A stretch of 64,000 nucleotides of DNA from Ruminococcaceae bacterium UBA5406 (GTDB lineage: Bacteria; Bacillota; Clostridia; Oscillospirales; Acutalibacteraceae): NCBI GenBank assembly GCA_002407675.1, contig DHNW01000027.1:68519-132518 (forward strand), read 5' to 3'. The notes under the pieces are model-generated. The model had not been told where the DNA came from. It made no database searches and saw only the letters and a list, made by a program, of their open reading frames with translations. Position 1 is the first letter of the stretch. The number at the start of each line of letters is the position of its first letter. Position numbers and translations under genes: made by a program. Positions 16,915-27,096 of the stretch are shown here, in pieces.

Positions 16915-18261
16915 TTGAAACGAAAAATTGCCGTATTGGCTGTTATATTTCTGACTGCCGCCGTGCTGTCGGGCTGTTCGTTTGCCGGCCTGAACGCCCA
17001 GACGCTGATGCACGCACCGCGGCCCACCGGCGAAAACGAGGCGGATATCCAAAGTCTGCTGGAGCAGACCGGCGGCAGCGGGATGACGCTGAAATATCCG
17101 GAGACGGGCGGGTACCGTTCCGCTATTATTACCCATGACCTTTGCGGCGATAAAACGCAGGAAGCCATGGCGTTTTATCAGAAAGGCGACGATTCCCTGG
17201 GCATCAGCGTCACGTTTATGCAGAAAGACGGAGAATGGAAAAATATCGGCACGTTCAGCAACCCCGCCACACAGGTGGACCGGGTATGCTTCGGTGACCT
17301 CAATGGTGACGGAAAAGACGAGGTTGTCGTAGGATGGGGCAGCAGCCAGAACAATACGGCTTCCATCTGTGTTTACTATTTTCAGAATGGAAGAATGGCC
17401 GAACTGAAACTCGACCAGGGCTACACCGAAATGGCTGTGGCGGATTTCAGCGGGGACGGTCAGGATGAAATTTTTACGGCCAGTGTCACGGTAGGCGACC
17501 AGCCTGCCGCAGCACATCTGCTGCGGCTTAAAAGCGGCGCCGTAGAAGTTATGGGTTCCGCACCGCTGGATACCGGCGTGACCCAGTATGCATCCGTCAA
17601 GACCGGGCTTGTCAATGAAAAACAGTTCGGGATTGTGCTGGATGGGGTCAAGAATGCCAATAACATGGTGACCGAGCTTTTGTACTGGGACAAAAATAAA
17701 AAAATGCTGGAAGCGCCCTTTTATGATCCGGCCACCAAATCCGCCAAAAGCACCGAACGCAGCACGTCGGTAGTTTCTGAAGACATCAACGGCGACAAAA
17801 TTCTTGAAATCCCATTGGTGACCCTGATGCCCGGCTACAGCGGCAGCACGGCGGGTGAGGCGGATTACCTTACGAGCTGGCACCGCTACGACACTCAGAC
17901 CAACACGTTTATCCGCGTGATGAGCATGGTAATCGACTATGCGGACGGATATTGGTTTTCCGTTCCGGATATGTGGCGGGGGAAGATCACGACCAAGCTG
18001 GATCCCGCTACGCGGACGCTGACATTCTATCAGTGGATGGCGTCCGCCGGGGGCGAGGGCGGCGTGCGCGGGCCGGAACTCCTCAAAATCGAGATCTTTA
18101 CCACACAGGGGTGGGTTTCCGGCAAAGGCACGGGCGGCTTTTTCCGCCTTACGTCCAAAGATAAGCTGGTCTTTGCCGCTTCCATTCCGTCCCCGCGCAA
18201 CTCGCTTTCCCTTACGCAGGAAGAGATCCGGGGAGCTTTTAAACTGATTGATCAGGAATAA
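16915..18261 (+). CDS. Lipoprotein with FG-GAP/VCBS-like repeats
   Basis: Lipobox LSGC; repeats DLNGDGKDE, DFSGDGQDE, DINGDKILE. Confidence 0.8.
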   Translation: MKRKIAVLAVIFLTAAVLSGCSFAGLNAQTLMHAPRPTGENEADIQSLLEQTGGSGMTLKYPETGGYRSAIITHDLCGDKTQEAMAFYQKGDDSLGISVTFMQKDGEWKNIGTFSNPATQVDRVCFGDLNGDGKDEVVVGWGSSQNNTASICVYYFQNGRMAELKLDQGYTEMAVADFSGDGQDEIFTASVTVGDQPAAAHLLRLKSGAVEVMGSAPLDTGVTQYASVKTGLVNEKQFGIVLDGVKNANNMVTELLYWDKNKKMLEAPFYDPATKSAKSTERSTSVVSEDINGDKILEIPLVTLMPGYSGSTAGEADYLTSWHRYDTQTNTFIRVMSMVIDYADGYWFSVPDMWRGKITTKLDPATRTLTFYQWMASAGGEGGVRGPELLKIEIFTTQGWVSGKGTGGFFRLTSKDKLVFAASIPSPRNSLSLTQEEIRGAFKLIDQE

Positions 18262-18278
18262 ATAAAGGGGGGATCCCT

Positions 18279-18983
18279 GTGAAAACAATCCTTGTGGCCG
18301 AGGACGAACAGGCCATCCGTGAGTTCGTTGTTATCAACCTGAAACGGGCCGGGTACTTTACGCTGGAGGCTTCCAACGGAGAAGAGGCCCTTCAGATTTA
18401 CGGCCGCAAAGATACGGATGTGGACGTTGCCGTGCTGGATATCATGATGCCCGGCAAATACGACGGCCTGGCTGTGTGCAAAGAACTGCGCCGGCAGAAC
18501 GGCTCCGTCGGTATTATCCTGCTCACGGCAAAAACGCAGGAAATGGATAAGGTCGGCGGCCTGATGATGGGCGCCGACGATTATGTGACGAAGCCGTTCA
18601 GCCCCAGCGAACTTGTTGCCCGGGTGGACGCGGTATACCGCCGCGTTGCGCTGGAGCGCAAGCGGGGCAGCGAAAATTTCCGGGAAGAGATCAAATCCGG
18701 CGATTTTGTCCTGAACCTGCGCAACCGTACCCTTGTGAAAAAAGGGGAGCCGATTGAACTGACACAGGTTGAATTCCAAATTATGGAGTATTTTATGTCG
18801 AACCCCGGCACCGCTCTGGACCGCTCCGATATTCTCCGCCATGTGTGGGGTGAATCGTATTTCGGCGAAGAGAAGATTGTAGACGTGAATATCCGCCGCC
18901 TCCGCATGAAGGTGGAAGATGAGCCTTCCAGCCCCCACCATATCGTTACGGTCTGGGGCCTTGGCTATAAGTGGGAAGGCTAA
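18279..18983 (+). CDS. OmpR-family response regulator
   Basis: ILVAEDE, LDIMMP, GADDYVTKPF, VDVNIRRLR.K, TVWG.GY. Confidence 0.95.
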   Translation: MKTILVAEDEQAIREFVVINLKRAGYFTLEASNGEEALQIYGRKDTDVDVAVLDIMMPGKYDGLAVCKELRRQNGSVGIILLTAKTQEMDKVGGLMMGADDYVTKPFSPSELVARVDAVYRRVALERKRGSENFREEIKSGDFVLNLRNRTLVKKGEPIELTQVEFQIMEYFMSNPGTALDRSDILRHVWGESYFGEEKIVDVNIRRLRMKVEDEPSSPHHIVTVWGLGYKWEG

Positions 18984-19010
18984 GGGCGGGTTGAGAAAGG
19001 AATCTTTTCA

Positions 19011-19388
19011 ATGGGCTTTTGGATTTTCATTTTGATTATGACTTTGCTGCTTCCGGCTTTTCAGATTATTTACGGAAACATTCACCGGAATAAAGCGCCG
19101 GAGGATATTCAGGGCACCAACGGGTATAAAACAGCACGGTCGCGGTTAAACCGGGATACATGGGAATTTGCCAACTGCTACTATGATCGGCTGATGTGTA
19201 TTGCCGGGTGGGGCATGCTTGTGCTTTCTCCCGCTGCAATGCTGTTTGTGCTGGGAAAAAATACAGATACCGTATGCAGCACCGGACTGCTTGTAATCAT
19301 GGCTGAACTCGTGCTCCTGCTTATCTGCGCGGTACCGACCGAGCGGGCACTGAAGAGGACGTTCGACGAATTCGGAAACCGGAAATAA
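19011..19388 (+). CDS. SdpI-family membrane protein
   Basis: GYKT.RS..N..TW.FAN motif, three TM helices, PTERAL..TFD.FG end. Confidence 0.8.
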   Translation: MGFWIFILIMTLLLPAFQIIYGNIHRNKAPEDIQGTNGYKTARSRLNRDTWEFANCYYDRLMCIAGWGMLVLSPAAMLFVLGKNTDTVCSTGLLVIMAELVLLLICAVPTERALKRTFDEFGNRK

Positions 19389-19484
19389 CCCGTTGCCCGG
19401 TGATGCGCCGGGTCTGGGCAGGAAGTGCCGTGTGTCCGGGGACGGGCACAAAATGGGCAACCGTTGGAAAGGGGGAAAAAGGCC

Positions 19485-20963
19485 ATGGCCGCGAAAAAGA
19501 ACAGCATTGCAAGGCGCTGGATCCTGAACAGCCTCGGCATTATCCTCCTGATTGTGATTACGCTGATCGCCGCGCTTTCCTTTGTCGTACAAGCGTATGT
19601 TTACAATGGTATCCAGTCGGCCCTGAATGGGCGTTCCGGAGAGCTTACAAACTTCTTTTCTCCCGACGAACGCGATTCGGCATCCGATTTTATCAAGGCT
19701 GCACGCGGCTATGTGGAGGATTTTCCTAATAAGGAAAGCATGGAGCTTATGGTGATCAATCAGGCGGGGAACGTCGTCACCACGTCCATCGGCTTTGCCC
19801 CGGATCGCAGCCAGCCGATGCCCGATTACCAAAAAGCCCTGGAAGACTCCGGCAGCTATGGCACCTGGACCGGAAAACTGGTTACCGGAGAGCAGGCGAT
19901 GGCCGTCACCCGCGTTGTCCGCAGCAGCGCCGGCATCCCCGTTGGCGCTATCCGGTACGTTGTTTCGCTGGAAGACGCCAACCGGCAGATTTTTACCATT
20001 GTCGCGGCGCTTTTTCTGGCAGGCGCGCTGATCCTGCTGTTTGTATTCGTTTCCAGCCATTATTTTATTCGATCCATTTTGACGCCCATCCGGCGCATCG
20101 GCGCCACGGCAAAACTGATCGCCCAGGGTGATTTTAAGGCGCGCATCGAGAAAATGAACAACGACGAACTGGGCGAGCTGTGCGATACCATCAACGATAT
20201 GGCGGACGAGCTGGGCCAGAACGAACGGATGAAAAACGACTTTATCTCATCGGTTTCCCACGAGCTGCGCACACCCCTTACCGCCATTAAAGGCTGGGCG
20301 GAGACCCTCCAGGGCGGTGAAACGGACCCGAAAACCCTTCACCGCGGAATGGGAATCATTGTCAGCGAGACCGAGCGCCTTTCCGGCATGGTCGAAGAGC
20401 TGCTGGATTTTTCACGGATGCAGAGCGGCCGTATGACGCTGACCATGGATAAAATTGATATTCTGGCAGAGCTGGACGCGGCGGTCTATATGTTCAGTGA
20501 ACGGGCCCGCAATGAACATAAATACCTGATTTATGACGAGCCTTCGATGCTTCCGCCTGTTCTCGGCGACATCAACCGCCTGCGGCAGGTGTTTGTGAAC
20601 ATTCTTGACAATGCCCTTAAATATACCGCTGAAGGCGGAACCATCAATGTGACGGCTGCGGAAGACTCCGGGTTTATTTCGGTTGTCATTGCCGATAACG
20701 GCTGCGGGATTCCGGCCAAAGATCTGCCGAACGTCAAAAAGAAATTCTACAAAGCCAACCAGACCGTGCGCGGCTCCGGCATTGGGCTGGCTCTTGCAGA
20801 TGAGATCATGACTCTCCATTCCGGGAGCCTCCAGATTGACAGCCACGAAAACGTCGGTACGGTCGTTACCATTCGTATCCCAACTTTTCAGTACCTGGAA
20901 GGAAATACACGCGAAGCAGTCCAGAAAACAGATGAAGGAAGGAATTCCAAACCCAATGCCTAG
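19485..20963 (+). CDS. HAMP-domain sensor histidine kinase
   Basis: Two TMs, HAMP (DELGEL...INDMA), SHELRTPLT H-box, NILDNALKY, DNGCGI, GSGIGL; start moved to ATG 19485. Confidence 0.95.
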   Translation: MAAKKNSIARRWILNSLGIILLIVITLIAALSFVVQAYVYNGIQSALNGRSGELTNFFSPDERDSASDFIKAARGYVEDFPNKESMELMVINQAGNVVTTSIGFAPDRSQPMPDYQKALEDSGSYGTWTGKLVTGEQAMAVTRVVRSSAGIPVGAIRYVVSLEDANRQIFTIVAALFLAGALILLFVFVSSHYFIRSILTPIRRIGATAKLIAQGDFKARIEKMNNDELGELCDTINDMADELGQNERMKNDFISSVSHELRTPLTAIKGWAETLQGGETDPKTLHRGMGIIVSETERLSGMVEELLDFSRMQSGRMTLTMDKIDILAELDAAVYMFSERARNEHKYLIYDEPSMLPPVLGDINRLRQVFVNILDNALKYTAEGGTINVTAAEDSGFISVVIADNGCGIPAKDLPNVKKKFYKANQTVRGSGIGLALADEIMTLHSGSLQIDSHENVGTVVTIRIPTFQYLEGNTREAVQKTDEGRNSKPNA

Positions 20964-21918
20964 AGAAAAAACGAAATTGATCACATCAATCGGGGGGCAG
21001 GCGCTTGTTGAGGGGATTATGATGCGCGGCCCGCAGAAAACCGAAATTGCCGTCCGCATGCCGGACGGGAGCGTTTCGGCAGAAGAACTGCCCGCAGAAA
21101 GCCTTCGCAGAAAGCGTTTCTGGCGTTTTCCGTTTTTCCGCGGCATTGCCGCTTTTGTAGACGCCATGGCCGTCGGCTACCAGGCGCTTTCCCGCTCTGT
21201 AGAAAAAGCGGGGCTGGATGACGAGGAGACCGAGTCAAAGTTTGACCTGTGGGTTGAAAAGAAGTTCGGCAGCCACATGATGGAGGCCGTTATGGTGGCG
21301 GGAACGGTTCTCGGCCTTGTGCTGGCTATTGTCCTGTTCTTTGTGCTGCCCACATGGGTTTTCAACCTGATTGAGGGCGCGGCCGGTCCGTCGCTGGAAG
21401 GGTGGCGTTCGCCGGTGGAGGGCGTGATGCGGATCGCTATTTTTGTCGGCTACCTGGCTTTCTGCGCCTCTATGCCGGATATGCGCCGTATGTTCCAGTA
21501 CCACGGCGCAGAACATAAAACGATTTTCTGCTATGAAAACGACGAGAAACTGACCGTCGAGAATGTGCGCAGGCATCAGCGTTTCCACCCGCGCTGCGGA
21601 ACGAGCTTTCTCGTCCTGATGCTGCTGATTGGCATTCTGGTCGGCTTTTTTATACCGTTTACCAATCCGTTCCTGCGCACGGCGGTCAAGATCCTGTGTA
21701 TCCCGCTGGTCATGGGCGCGGGGTTTGAGGTCATCCGCTACTGCGCCCGCCACGACAACCTGCTGACGCATATCGTTTCCGCGCCGGGCCTGTGGATGCA
21801 GCGCATTACCACAAAGGAGCCCGACGACGGGATGATGGAGGTGGCGATCGCCGCTATCCGCGAAGTGATTCCGGAAAACGGCGAAGACCGGATCAGCCTG
21901 CCGGCAGATGAAAAATGA
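20956..21918 (+). CDS. DUF1385 (YqhQ-like) membrane protein
   Basis: IGGQALVEGIMM, FQYHGAEHK, HPRCGTSF, Q.ITT.EP. Confidence 0.92.
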   Translation: MPREKTKLITSIGGQALVEGIMMRGPQKTEIAVRMPDGSVSAEELPAESLRRKRFWRFPFFRGIAAFVDAMAVGYQALSRSVEKAGLDDEETESKFDLWVEKKFGSHMMEAVMVAGTVLGLVLAIVLFFVLPTWVFNLIEGAAGPSLEGWRSPVEGVMRIAIFVGYLAFCASMPDMRRMFQYHGAEHKTIFCYENDEKLTVENVRRHQRFHPRCGTSFLVLMLLIGILVGFFIPFTNPFLRTAVKILCIPLVMGAGFEVIRYCARHDNLLTHIVSAPGLWMQRITTKEPDDGMMEVAIAAIREVIPENGEDRISLPADEK

Positions 21919-22766
21919 CGCTGGGCGAATTATACCGCGCGGGGAAAAAACAGCTGGAAGACGCCGGAACAGACAGCCCGCAGTTCGATGCGGGGTGCCT
22001 GTTCCAAAAAGCATTCGGCCTCACCCCGGAGCAGCGGATTCTGCACTCCAGGGAGCCTGCCGGTGCGGAAGAGTCGGAACGATACCTGTGCATGGCGCGG
22101 GAGCGTGCGGAGGGGAGGCCGCTCCAGTATATTCTGGGTGAATGGCCGTTTCTGGGCCTGATGCTGAAAGTGGGGGAAGGTGTCCTGATTCCCCGGGAAG
22201 ATACGGAGCTGCTGGTGCGCGCGGCCGCCCGCCGGCTGAAAGGGACTGCCGCGCCCCGTGTCCTCGATCTTTGCGCAGGCTCGGGAGCCGTTGCCCTCGG
22301 GCTTGCTTCACTTTTGCCCGGAGCCCGGATTTGCGCCGCTGAAAAATATCCGGCGGCGCTTTCTTATCTGCGGGAAAATATCCGCTGTGCCGGGTTCCCG
22401 GGCGTTGAAGCCCGGGAGATGGACGTCCTTGCCTCCGCTTCGGCGGAAGACTTTTCCGGGCTCGGCGGCATTGTTTCCAACCCGCCCTATGTGCGCGGCA
22501 GAGAGATTTCTTCCCTCCAGCGCGAGGTGCGGCGGGAGCCGCGCGAAGCGCTGGACGGCGGCGCCGACGGGCTGGATTTTTACCGGGCAATCGCAAAAAT
22601 ATGGCTGCCGAAGCTGAAGCCGGGCGGCATTGCCGCCGTAGAAGTCGGCGGCGGGCAGGCCCCTGCCGTTCGGGAACTTTTTGCGGGGGGACTGGAAGAT
22701 ATCGAGACTTGCCGTGATTTTGGCGGGACGGAGCGCGTCGTTGCCGGAAGGCGGCCGAAAACATAG
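21915..22766 (+). CDS. prmC: Release factor glutamine methyltransferase
   Basis: PLQYILG, VLIPR.DTE, LDLCAGSG, SNPPY, EP..ALDGG.DGLDFY. Confidence 0.95.
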   Translation: MTLGELYRAGKKQLEDAGTDSPQFDAGCLFQKAFGLTPEQRILHSREPAGAEESERYLCMARERAEGRPLQYILGEWPFLGLMLKVGEGVLIPREDTELLVRAAARRLKGTAAPRVLDLCAGSGAVALGLASLLPGARICAAEKYPAALSYLRENIRCAGFPGVEAREMDVLASASAEDFSGLGGIVSNPPYVRGREISSLQREVRREPREALDGGADGLDFYRAIAKIWLPKLKPGGIAAVEVGGGQAPAVRELFAGGLEDIETCRDFGGTERVVAGRRPKT

Positions 22767-22779
22767 GTGCCGTGCGTTA

Positions 22780-22808
22780 TTGCTTTTCATTTGAAAATCA
22801 TCTATAAT
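22780..22808 (+). promoter_or_regulatory. Sigma-A promoter of recA
   Basis: TTGCTT-17nt-TATAAT. Confidence 0.6.
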
Positions 22809-22847
22809 AAAATTAGTAAAGTAAAGTGCGGAACGGGAGGAACCAAC

Positions 22848-24035
22848 ATGTCCGAAAAAGGAACGGCTACCAGGAAGCTGACCAAAACGGTCAACACCAG
22901 CGGCGATAAAAAAACAGCGCTGGAAACAGCACTGGCCCAGATCGAGAAACAGTTCGGCAAAGGGGCCGTCATGCGTCTCGGGCAGAACCAGGCCATGCAC
23001 GTAGAAGCCATTTCCACCGGTTCGCTCGGCCTCGATATGGCACTGGGAATCGGCGGCCTGCCGCGCGGGCGGATCGTCGAGATTTACGGCCCCGAAAGTT
23101 CCGGCAAAACCACGCTTGCGCTGCACTGCATTGCGCAGGGGCAGAAGAACGGCGGGAACGCTGCGTTTATTGATGTCGAGCATGCCCTTGATCCGGTTTA
23201 TGCCGCCGCGCTGAACGTGGACGTAAACTCTCTGCTGGTTTCGCAGCCGGATACCGGAGAACAGGCGCTGGAAATTACGGAGGCGCTGGTTCGCTCCGGT
23301 GCAATCGACGTGATTGTAATCGACTCGGTTGCGGCACTGGTTCCGCGCGCCGAAATCGAGGGCGAGATGGGCGACAGCGCCGTTGGTCTTCAGGCCCGCC
23401 TGATGTCGCAGGCACTGCGCAAACTGGCGGGGGCCATTTCCAAATCCAACTGCGTGGCCATCTTCATTAACCAGCTCCGCGAAAAGATCGGCATTACCTA
23501 CGGCAGCCCCGAAGTAACAACGGGGGGCCGCGCCTTGAAATTCTACGCTTCCGTGCGTATTGATATCCGCCGGGGCGAAGCCATTAAAGTCGGGGACGAG
23601 CAGATCGGCTCGCATACTAAGGTCAAGGTGGTCAAGAATAAGATTGCGCCGCCGTTCCGCACCGCAGAATTTGATATTCTTTTCGGGCACGGCATTTCCC
23701 ACGAAGGCGAAGTTCTGGATCTCGGCGTAGAACTCGACATTGTCCAGAAAAGCGGATCGTGGTTCTCCTATGGCGAAACGCGGCTGGGGCAGGGCCGCGA
23801 CAACGTGGTGAAGTACCTGACGGAACATCCGGATCTCTCCAATGAGATCGAGGGCAAAATCCGGGAGAATTCCTCCAAACTGTTCAACCGTGCCGCCGCG
23901 TCCAAAAGTTCCAAAAGTTCCGGATCGGGGGCAAAACCGGTTGAAACAAGCCCTGCTAAGGAGCCTCAAAAGCCGTCTTCTGCCGACGATGCCCGCTACA
24001 ATGCCGATATTGATATTGAGGCCGACGACAAATGA
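22848..24035 (+). CDS. recA: Recombinase RecA
   Basis: [44 protein letters not shown]; GGAGG RBS before ATG 22848. Confidence 0.98.
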   Translation: MSEKGTATRKLTKTVNTSGDKKTALETALAQIEKQFGKGAVMRLGQNQAMHVEAISTGSLGLDMALGIGGLPRGRIVEIYGPESSGKTTLALHCIAQGQKNGGNAAFIDVEHALDPVYAAALNVDVNSLLVSQPDTGEQALEITEALVRSGAIDVIVIDSVAALVPRAEIEGEMGDSAVGLQARLMSQALRKLAGAISKSNCVAIFINQLREKIGITYGSPEVTTGGRALKFYASVRIDIRRGEAIKVGDEQIGSHTKVKVVKNKIAPPFRTAEFDILFGHGISHEGEVLDLGVELDIVQKSGSWFSYGETRLGQGRDNVVKYLTEHPDLSNEIEGKIRENSSKLFNRAAASKSSKSSGSGAKPVETSPAKEPQKPSSADDARYNADIDIEADDK

Positions 24036-24646
24036 TGCTTTCTGCCGCCGAACCGAGAAAACGGGGCTTGACGGCGCTGTATGCGGACGGGGAATTCGCC
24101 GCATCCCTTGATACGGAGACATGGCTGAAATCCGGTCTGCATATTGGGGACGACGTCACGGAGGAACAGCTGCGGCAGCTGTTCCTCGAGAGTGAAACGC
24201 GCCTTGCCGAGCAGAAAGCGTTCCGGCTTCTCGGTTTCCGTCCGCATTCCCAGAAAGAGTTGGAGCAGAAACTTCGGCAGAAATATTCCGTGGAGGCTTC
24301 GGAGCGTGCGGCGCGCCGTGTAGCCGATATGGGCTTGATTGACGATGCGGAGTACGCCCGTTCGCTGGCCCGCTCGCTGTTCGGGCGGAAAGGGTTTGCT
24401 GCCTTCCGTGTGAAGCAGGAGCTTCTGCGCCGTGGCGTCAGCCGGGAATTGGCAGAGCAGGCCGTAGAGGAGGAGGAACCCGACCCGAAGGAGGAGATCC
24501 GCCGGGTTGTCCGGAAGAAGTATGCGTGCTGCCTTGACGACGAAAAAGGCCGCCGCCGTGCTGCCGCCGGCCTTCGCAGGCTGGGCTACCGGTGGGACGA
24601 CATTAACGGTGCGCTCCGTGAGTTTATATCGGATGAGGAAGAATAA
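24032..24646 (+). CDS. recX: Regulatory protein RecX
   Basis: LL..R.HS.KEL..KL, GLIDD.EYA, EL..RGV, L.RLGY; overlaps the recA stop. Confidence 0.9.
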   Translation: MMLSAAEPRKRGLTALYADGEFAASLDTETWLKSGLHIGDDVTEEQLRQLFLESETRLAEQKAFRLLGFRPHSQKELEQKLRQKYSVEASERAARRVADMGLIDDAEYARSLARSLFGRKGFAAFRVKQELLRRGVSRELAEQAVEEEEPDPKEEIRRVVRKKYACCLDDEKGRRRAAAGLRRLGYRWDDINGALREFISDEEE

Positions 24647-26008
24647 ATGGCGTATTCGGTTGGTTTGGTCAGCCTCGGCTGTGCCAAGAATCAGGTTGAC
24701 GGAGAAATTATGCTGGCGGCACTGCAAAAAGCCGGCTGCCGTATAGAGAGCGACGCTTCGCATGCCGACGCGGTGATTATCAACACCTGCGGCTTTATTG
24801 ACGACGCTAAGAGTGAGGCAATCGACACGATCCTGTCGTTTGCCCGCCTTAAGTCGGAAGGGAAGATCCGGGCGATCCTTGTCACGGGCTGTCTGGCCGA
24901 ACGGTATCGGGAAGAGGTTATGAAGGAAATGCCAGAGGTGGATGCCGTTCTTGGGATCGGCGCAAATTCGGACATTGCCGCCGCCGTAGAAAATGCACTG
25001 GAAGGGAAAAAAATACAGAGCTTCCCCGAAAAGAACTGTCTGCCCCTGTGCGGAGAGCGCAGGCTCCTTACCCCTCGGTGGACGGCATACCTCAAAATTG
25101 CCGAAGGCTGCGACAACCGCTGCGCCTACTGCGCCATTCCCATGATCCGCGGACGTTACCGCTCCCGCACGCTGGAAAGCGTGGAGCGGGAGGCCCGCGC
25201 CCTTGCTGCGGGCGGCGCAAAAGAACTGGTTCTCATTGCGCAGGACACCACCCGCTACGGGCTTGACCGGTACGGCCGGCTGATGCTTCCGGAACTGCTC
25301 CGGCGGCTTTGCAGGATTGAGGGCCTTGAATGGATCCGCGTGCTGTACGGCTACCCGGATACCGTGACGGATGAGCTGCTGGAGACCCTGGCATCCGAGA
25401 AAAAAATCGTCCGGTACATGGATCTTCCGCTCCAGCACTGCAATGGGGAAATTCTCCGTTCTATGGGCCGCCGCGGGAGCCGCGGGGAACTGGAATCGCT
25501 TGTCGCCAAAATGCGGCGGGCCGTTCCGGGGCTTGTAATCCGCACGACGCTGATTGCGGGCTATCCCGGTGAAACCGAAGAGCAGTTTGAAGAGCTCTGC
25601 GGCTTTGTGCGGAAGATGCGCTTTGAGCGCATGGGCTGTTTTGCCTATTCGCAGGAAGAAGGCACGGCGGCAGCCGCGCTTCCGGATCAGCTTCCGGAAG
25701 AAGAAAAGCGCCGCCGCGCAGAAATGGTTATGGAAATTCAGATGAATATCATGCAGGAGCAGGGGGAGCAGATGGCGGGAAAAACCCTGCGCGTTCTGGC
25801 GGAGGGATACGACCGGGATGCAGGGCTCTGGTACGGCCGTTCCTACATGGATTCCCCGGATGTAGACGGCAGGGTGTATTTTCAGGCGAGAGGTGCGCAG
25901 CCGGTTCCGGGCCGGTTTATCCGGGTGAACATTACCGGCTGTGACGACGGCGACCTGACCGGTGTGGCCGAAGAACAGGGGGCGGCAGAAGATGAACCTG
26001 CCGAATAA
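24647..26008 (+). CDS. rimO: Ribosomal protein S12 methylthiotransferase
   Basis: SLGC.KN.VD.E, NTCGFI, AYLKIAEGCDNRCAYCAIP, C-terminal TRAM (PDVDG). Confidence 0.95.
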   Translation: MAYSVGLVSLGCAKNQVDGEIMLAALQKAGCRIESDASHADAVIINTCGFIDDAKSEAIDTILSFARLKSEGKIRAILVTGCLAERYREEVMKEMPEVDAVLGIGANSDIAAAVENALEGKKIQSFPEKNCLPLCGERRLLTPRWTAYLKIAEGCDNRCAYCAIPMIRGRYRSRTLESVEREARALAAGGAKELVLIAQDTTRYGLDRYGRLMLPELLRRLCRIEGLEWIRVLYGYPDTVTDELLETLASEKKIVRYMDLPLQHCNGEILRSMGRRGSRGELESLVAKMRRAVPGLVIRTTLIAGYPGETEEQFEELCGFVRKMRFERMGCFAYSQEEGTAAAALPDQLPEEEKRRRAEMVMEIQMNIMQEQGEQMAGKTLRVLAEGYDRDAGLWYGRSYMDSPDVDGRVYFQARGAQPVPGRFIRVNITGCDDGDLTGVAEEQGAAEDEPAE

Positions 26009-26594
26009 ACTGACGACCGCGCGTCTGATTGTAATTCCGTTTTTTCTGATTTTCCTTCTGACGCCGGATTATTTCGGGTACCGGTATCTTTTTGCGCTTC
26101 TTCTGTTTCTCGGTGCGTCGCTGACCGACCATTTTGATGGAAAAATCGCGCGCAAGCGCAACCAGATTACGGATTTTGGAAAGTTCATGGATCCTCTTGC
26201 CGACAAAGTGCTGGTGCTTTCCGCCTTCGTCTGCTTTTTGCAGCTTGGCCTTACCAATGCATGGGTGGTTATTATCGTCATGTTCCGCGAGTTCATGGTG
26301 ACGTTTATCCGGCTGGTTGCGGCGGAAAACGGAAAGGTGCTGGCGGCCAACAAATGGGGCAAAGCTAAGACGGTCAGTCAGATGACAGCCATCAGCGCCG
26401 TTCTGCTGTTTCAGTTTATTCAGGAACTGATTGAGAAGGGCGTCTTTCCGGCTTTTACGGTTGGGGGTTCCTCCAGCGCTTCCGCTTTTGCTTTTGCCGG
26501 GAATGTTCTTATTTGGATCTCGGTGCTGTTTACCGTTATTTCCGGTGCGATCTATTTAAAAGAGAATTCGGCTCTTTTCCGCGAGACAAAATGA
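25992..26594 (+). CDS. pgsA: CDP-diacylglycerol--glycerol-3-phosphate 3-phosphatidyltransferase
   Basis: MNLPNKLT..R, TD.FDG.IARK.NQIT.FGKF.DPLADK, GK.KT..Q. Confidence 0.95.
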   Translation: MNLPNKLTTARLIVIPFFLIFLLTPDYFGYRYLFALLLFLGASLTDHFDGKIARKRNQITDFGKFMDPLADKVLVLSAFVCFLQLGLTNAWVVIIVMFREFMVTFIRLVAAENGKVLAANKWGKAKTVSQMTAISAVLLFQFIQELIEKGVFPAFTVGGSSSASAFAFAGNVLIWISVLFTVISGAIYLKENSALFRETK

Positions 26595-26603
26595 ACGCCG
26601 GGG

Positions 26604-26632
26604 TTTACAGAAAGTCGATTCTGTATTATACT
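26604..26632 (+). promoter_or_regulatory. Sigma-A promoter of the cysE-cysS leader
   Basis: TTTACA-17nt-TATACT. Confidence 0.6.
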
Positions 26633-26684
26633 GAAACATGAACGAAAGTACAGCCTTCGGAATAGACTGTACCAGGGAAAACGC

Positions 26685-26918
26685 AAAGAGCGGAATAAGT
26701 AACCGCTGAGAAGGGCACCAGAGAGAAAGCGCCGCCGGCTGAAAGCGCTTTTTGCCCGTCCGGCAGTGAAATGCGTCCGCGAGCGGGCGGGGGGAACCTT
26801 TTTTCAGTATCCCCGCACGGCTGGCCCCCGTTATCGGCTTTTTGAGTGAGAAACCGGAGTGGAACCGCGGACTTTACCGCCTCCGTCCCTTTGTTTGTGG
26901 GACGGAGGCTCTTTTTTT
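26685..26918 (+). ncRNA. T-box riboswitch, Cys specifier
   Basis: AGAGA/GCTGA stem I motifs; specifier TGC at 26772-26774; T-box GAGTGGAACCGCG at 26857 (UGGA fits the tRNA-Cys U discriminator); terminator 26879-26918. Confidence 0.9.
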
Positions 26919-26973
26919 CTTTGCAGAAAGAAACAGAGAGAAGAAGAAACGGCGTTCGCGGGAGGTAATTTTC

Positions 26974-27012
26974 ATGCGGTTAAAAAGAGAATTTAAAAAG
27001 GAACGATGTTGA
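26974..27012 (+). CDS. Putative 12-aa uORF MRLKREFKKERC
   Basis: GGAGGT RBS at 26961, ATG 26974, last sense codon TGT (Cys), then TGA. Confidence 0.4.
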   Translation: MRLKREFKKERC

Positions 27013-27096
27013 TTTTCACAGCTTTTTCGGAAGGCGGCATGAACTGTTTTGAAAGCCAAGGGAACTTTTTCAAAAGTTCCCTTGAGGAGGTTCCTT

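Noticed and set aside
22767-22850. LexA (GAAC-N4-GTTC) box before recA
   Set aside because: No convincing match found by eye
23901-23921. TCCAAAAGT tandem repeat in the recA tail
   Set aside because: Encodes a low-complexity SKSSKSS linker in the variable C-terminus
22308-25438. 604-aa and 480-aa minus-strand ORFs
   Set aside because: Antisense shadows of recA, recX and rimO
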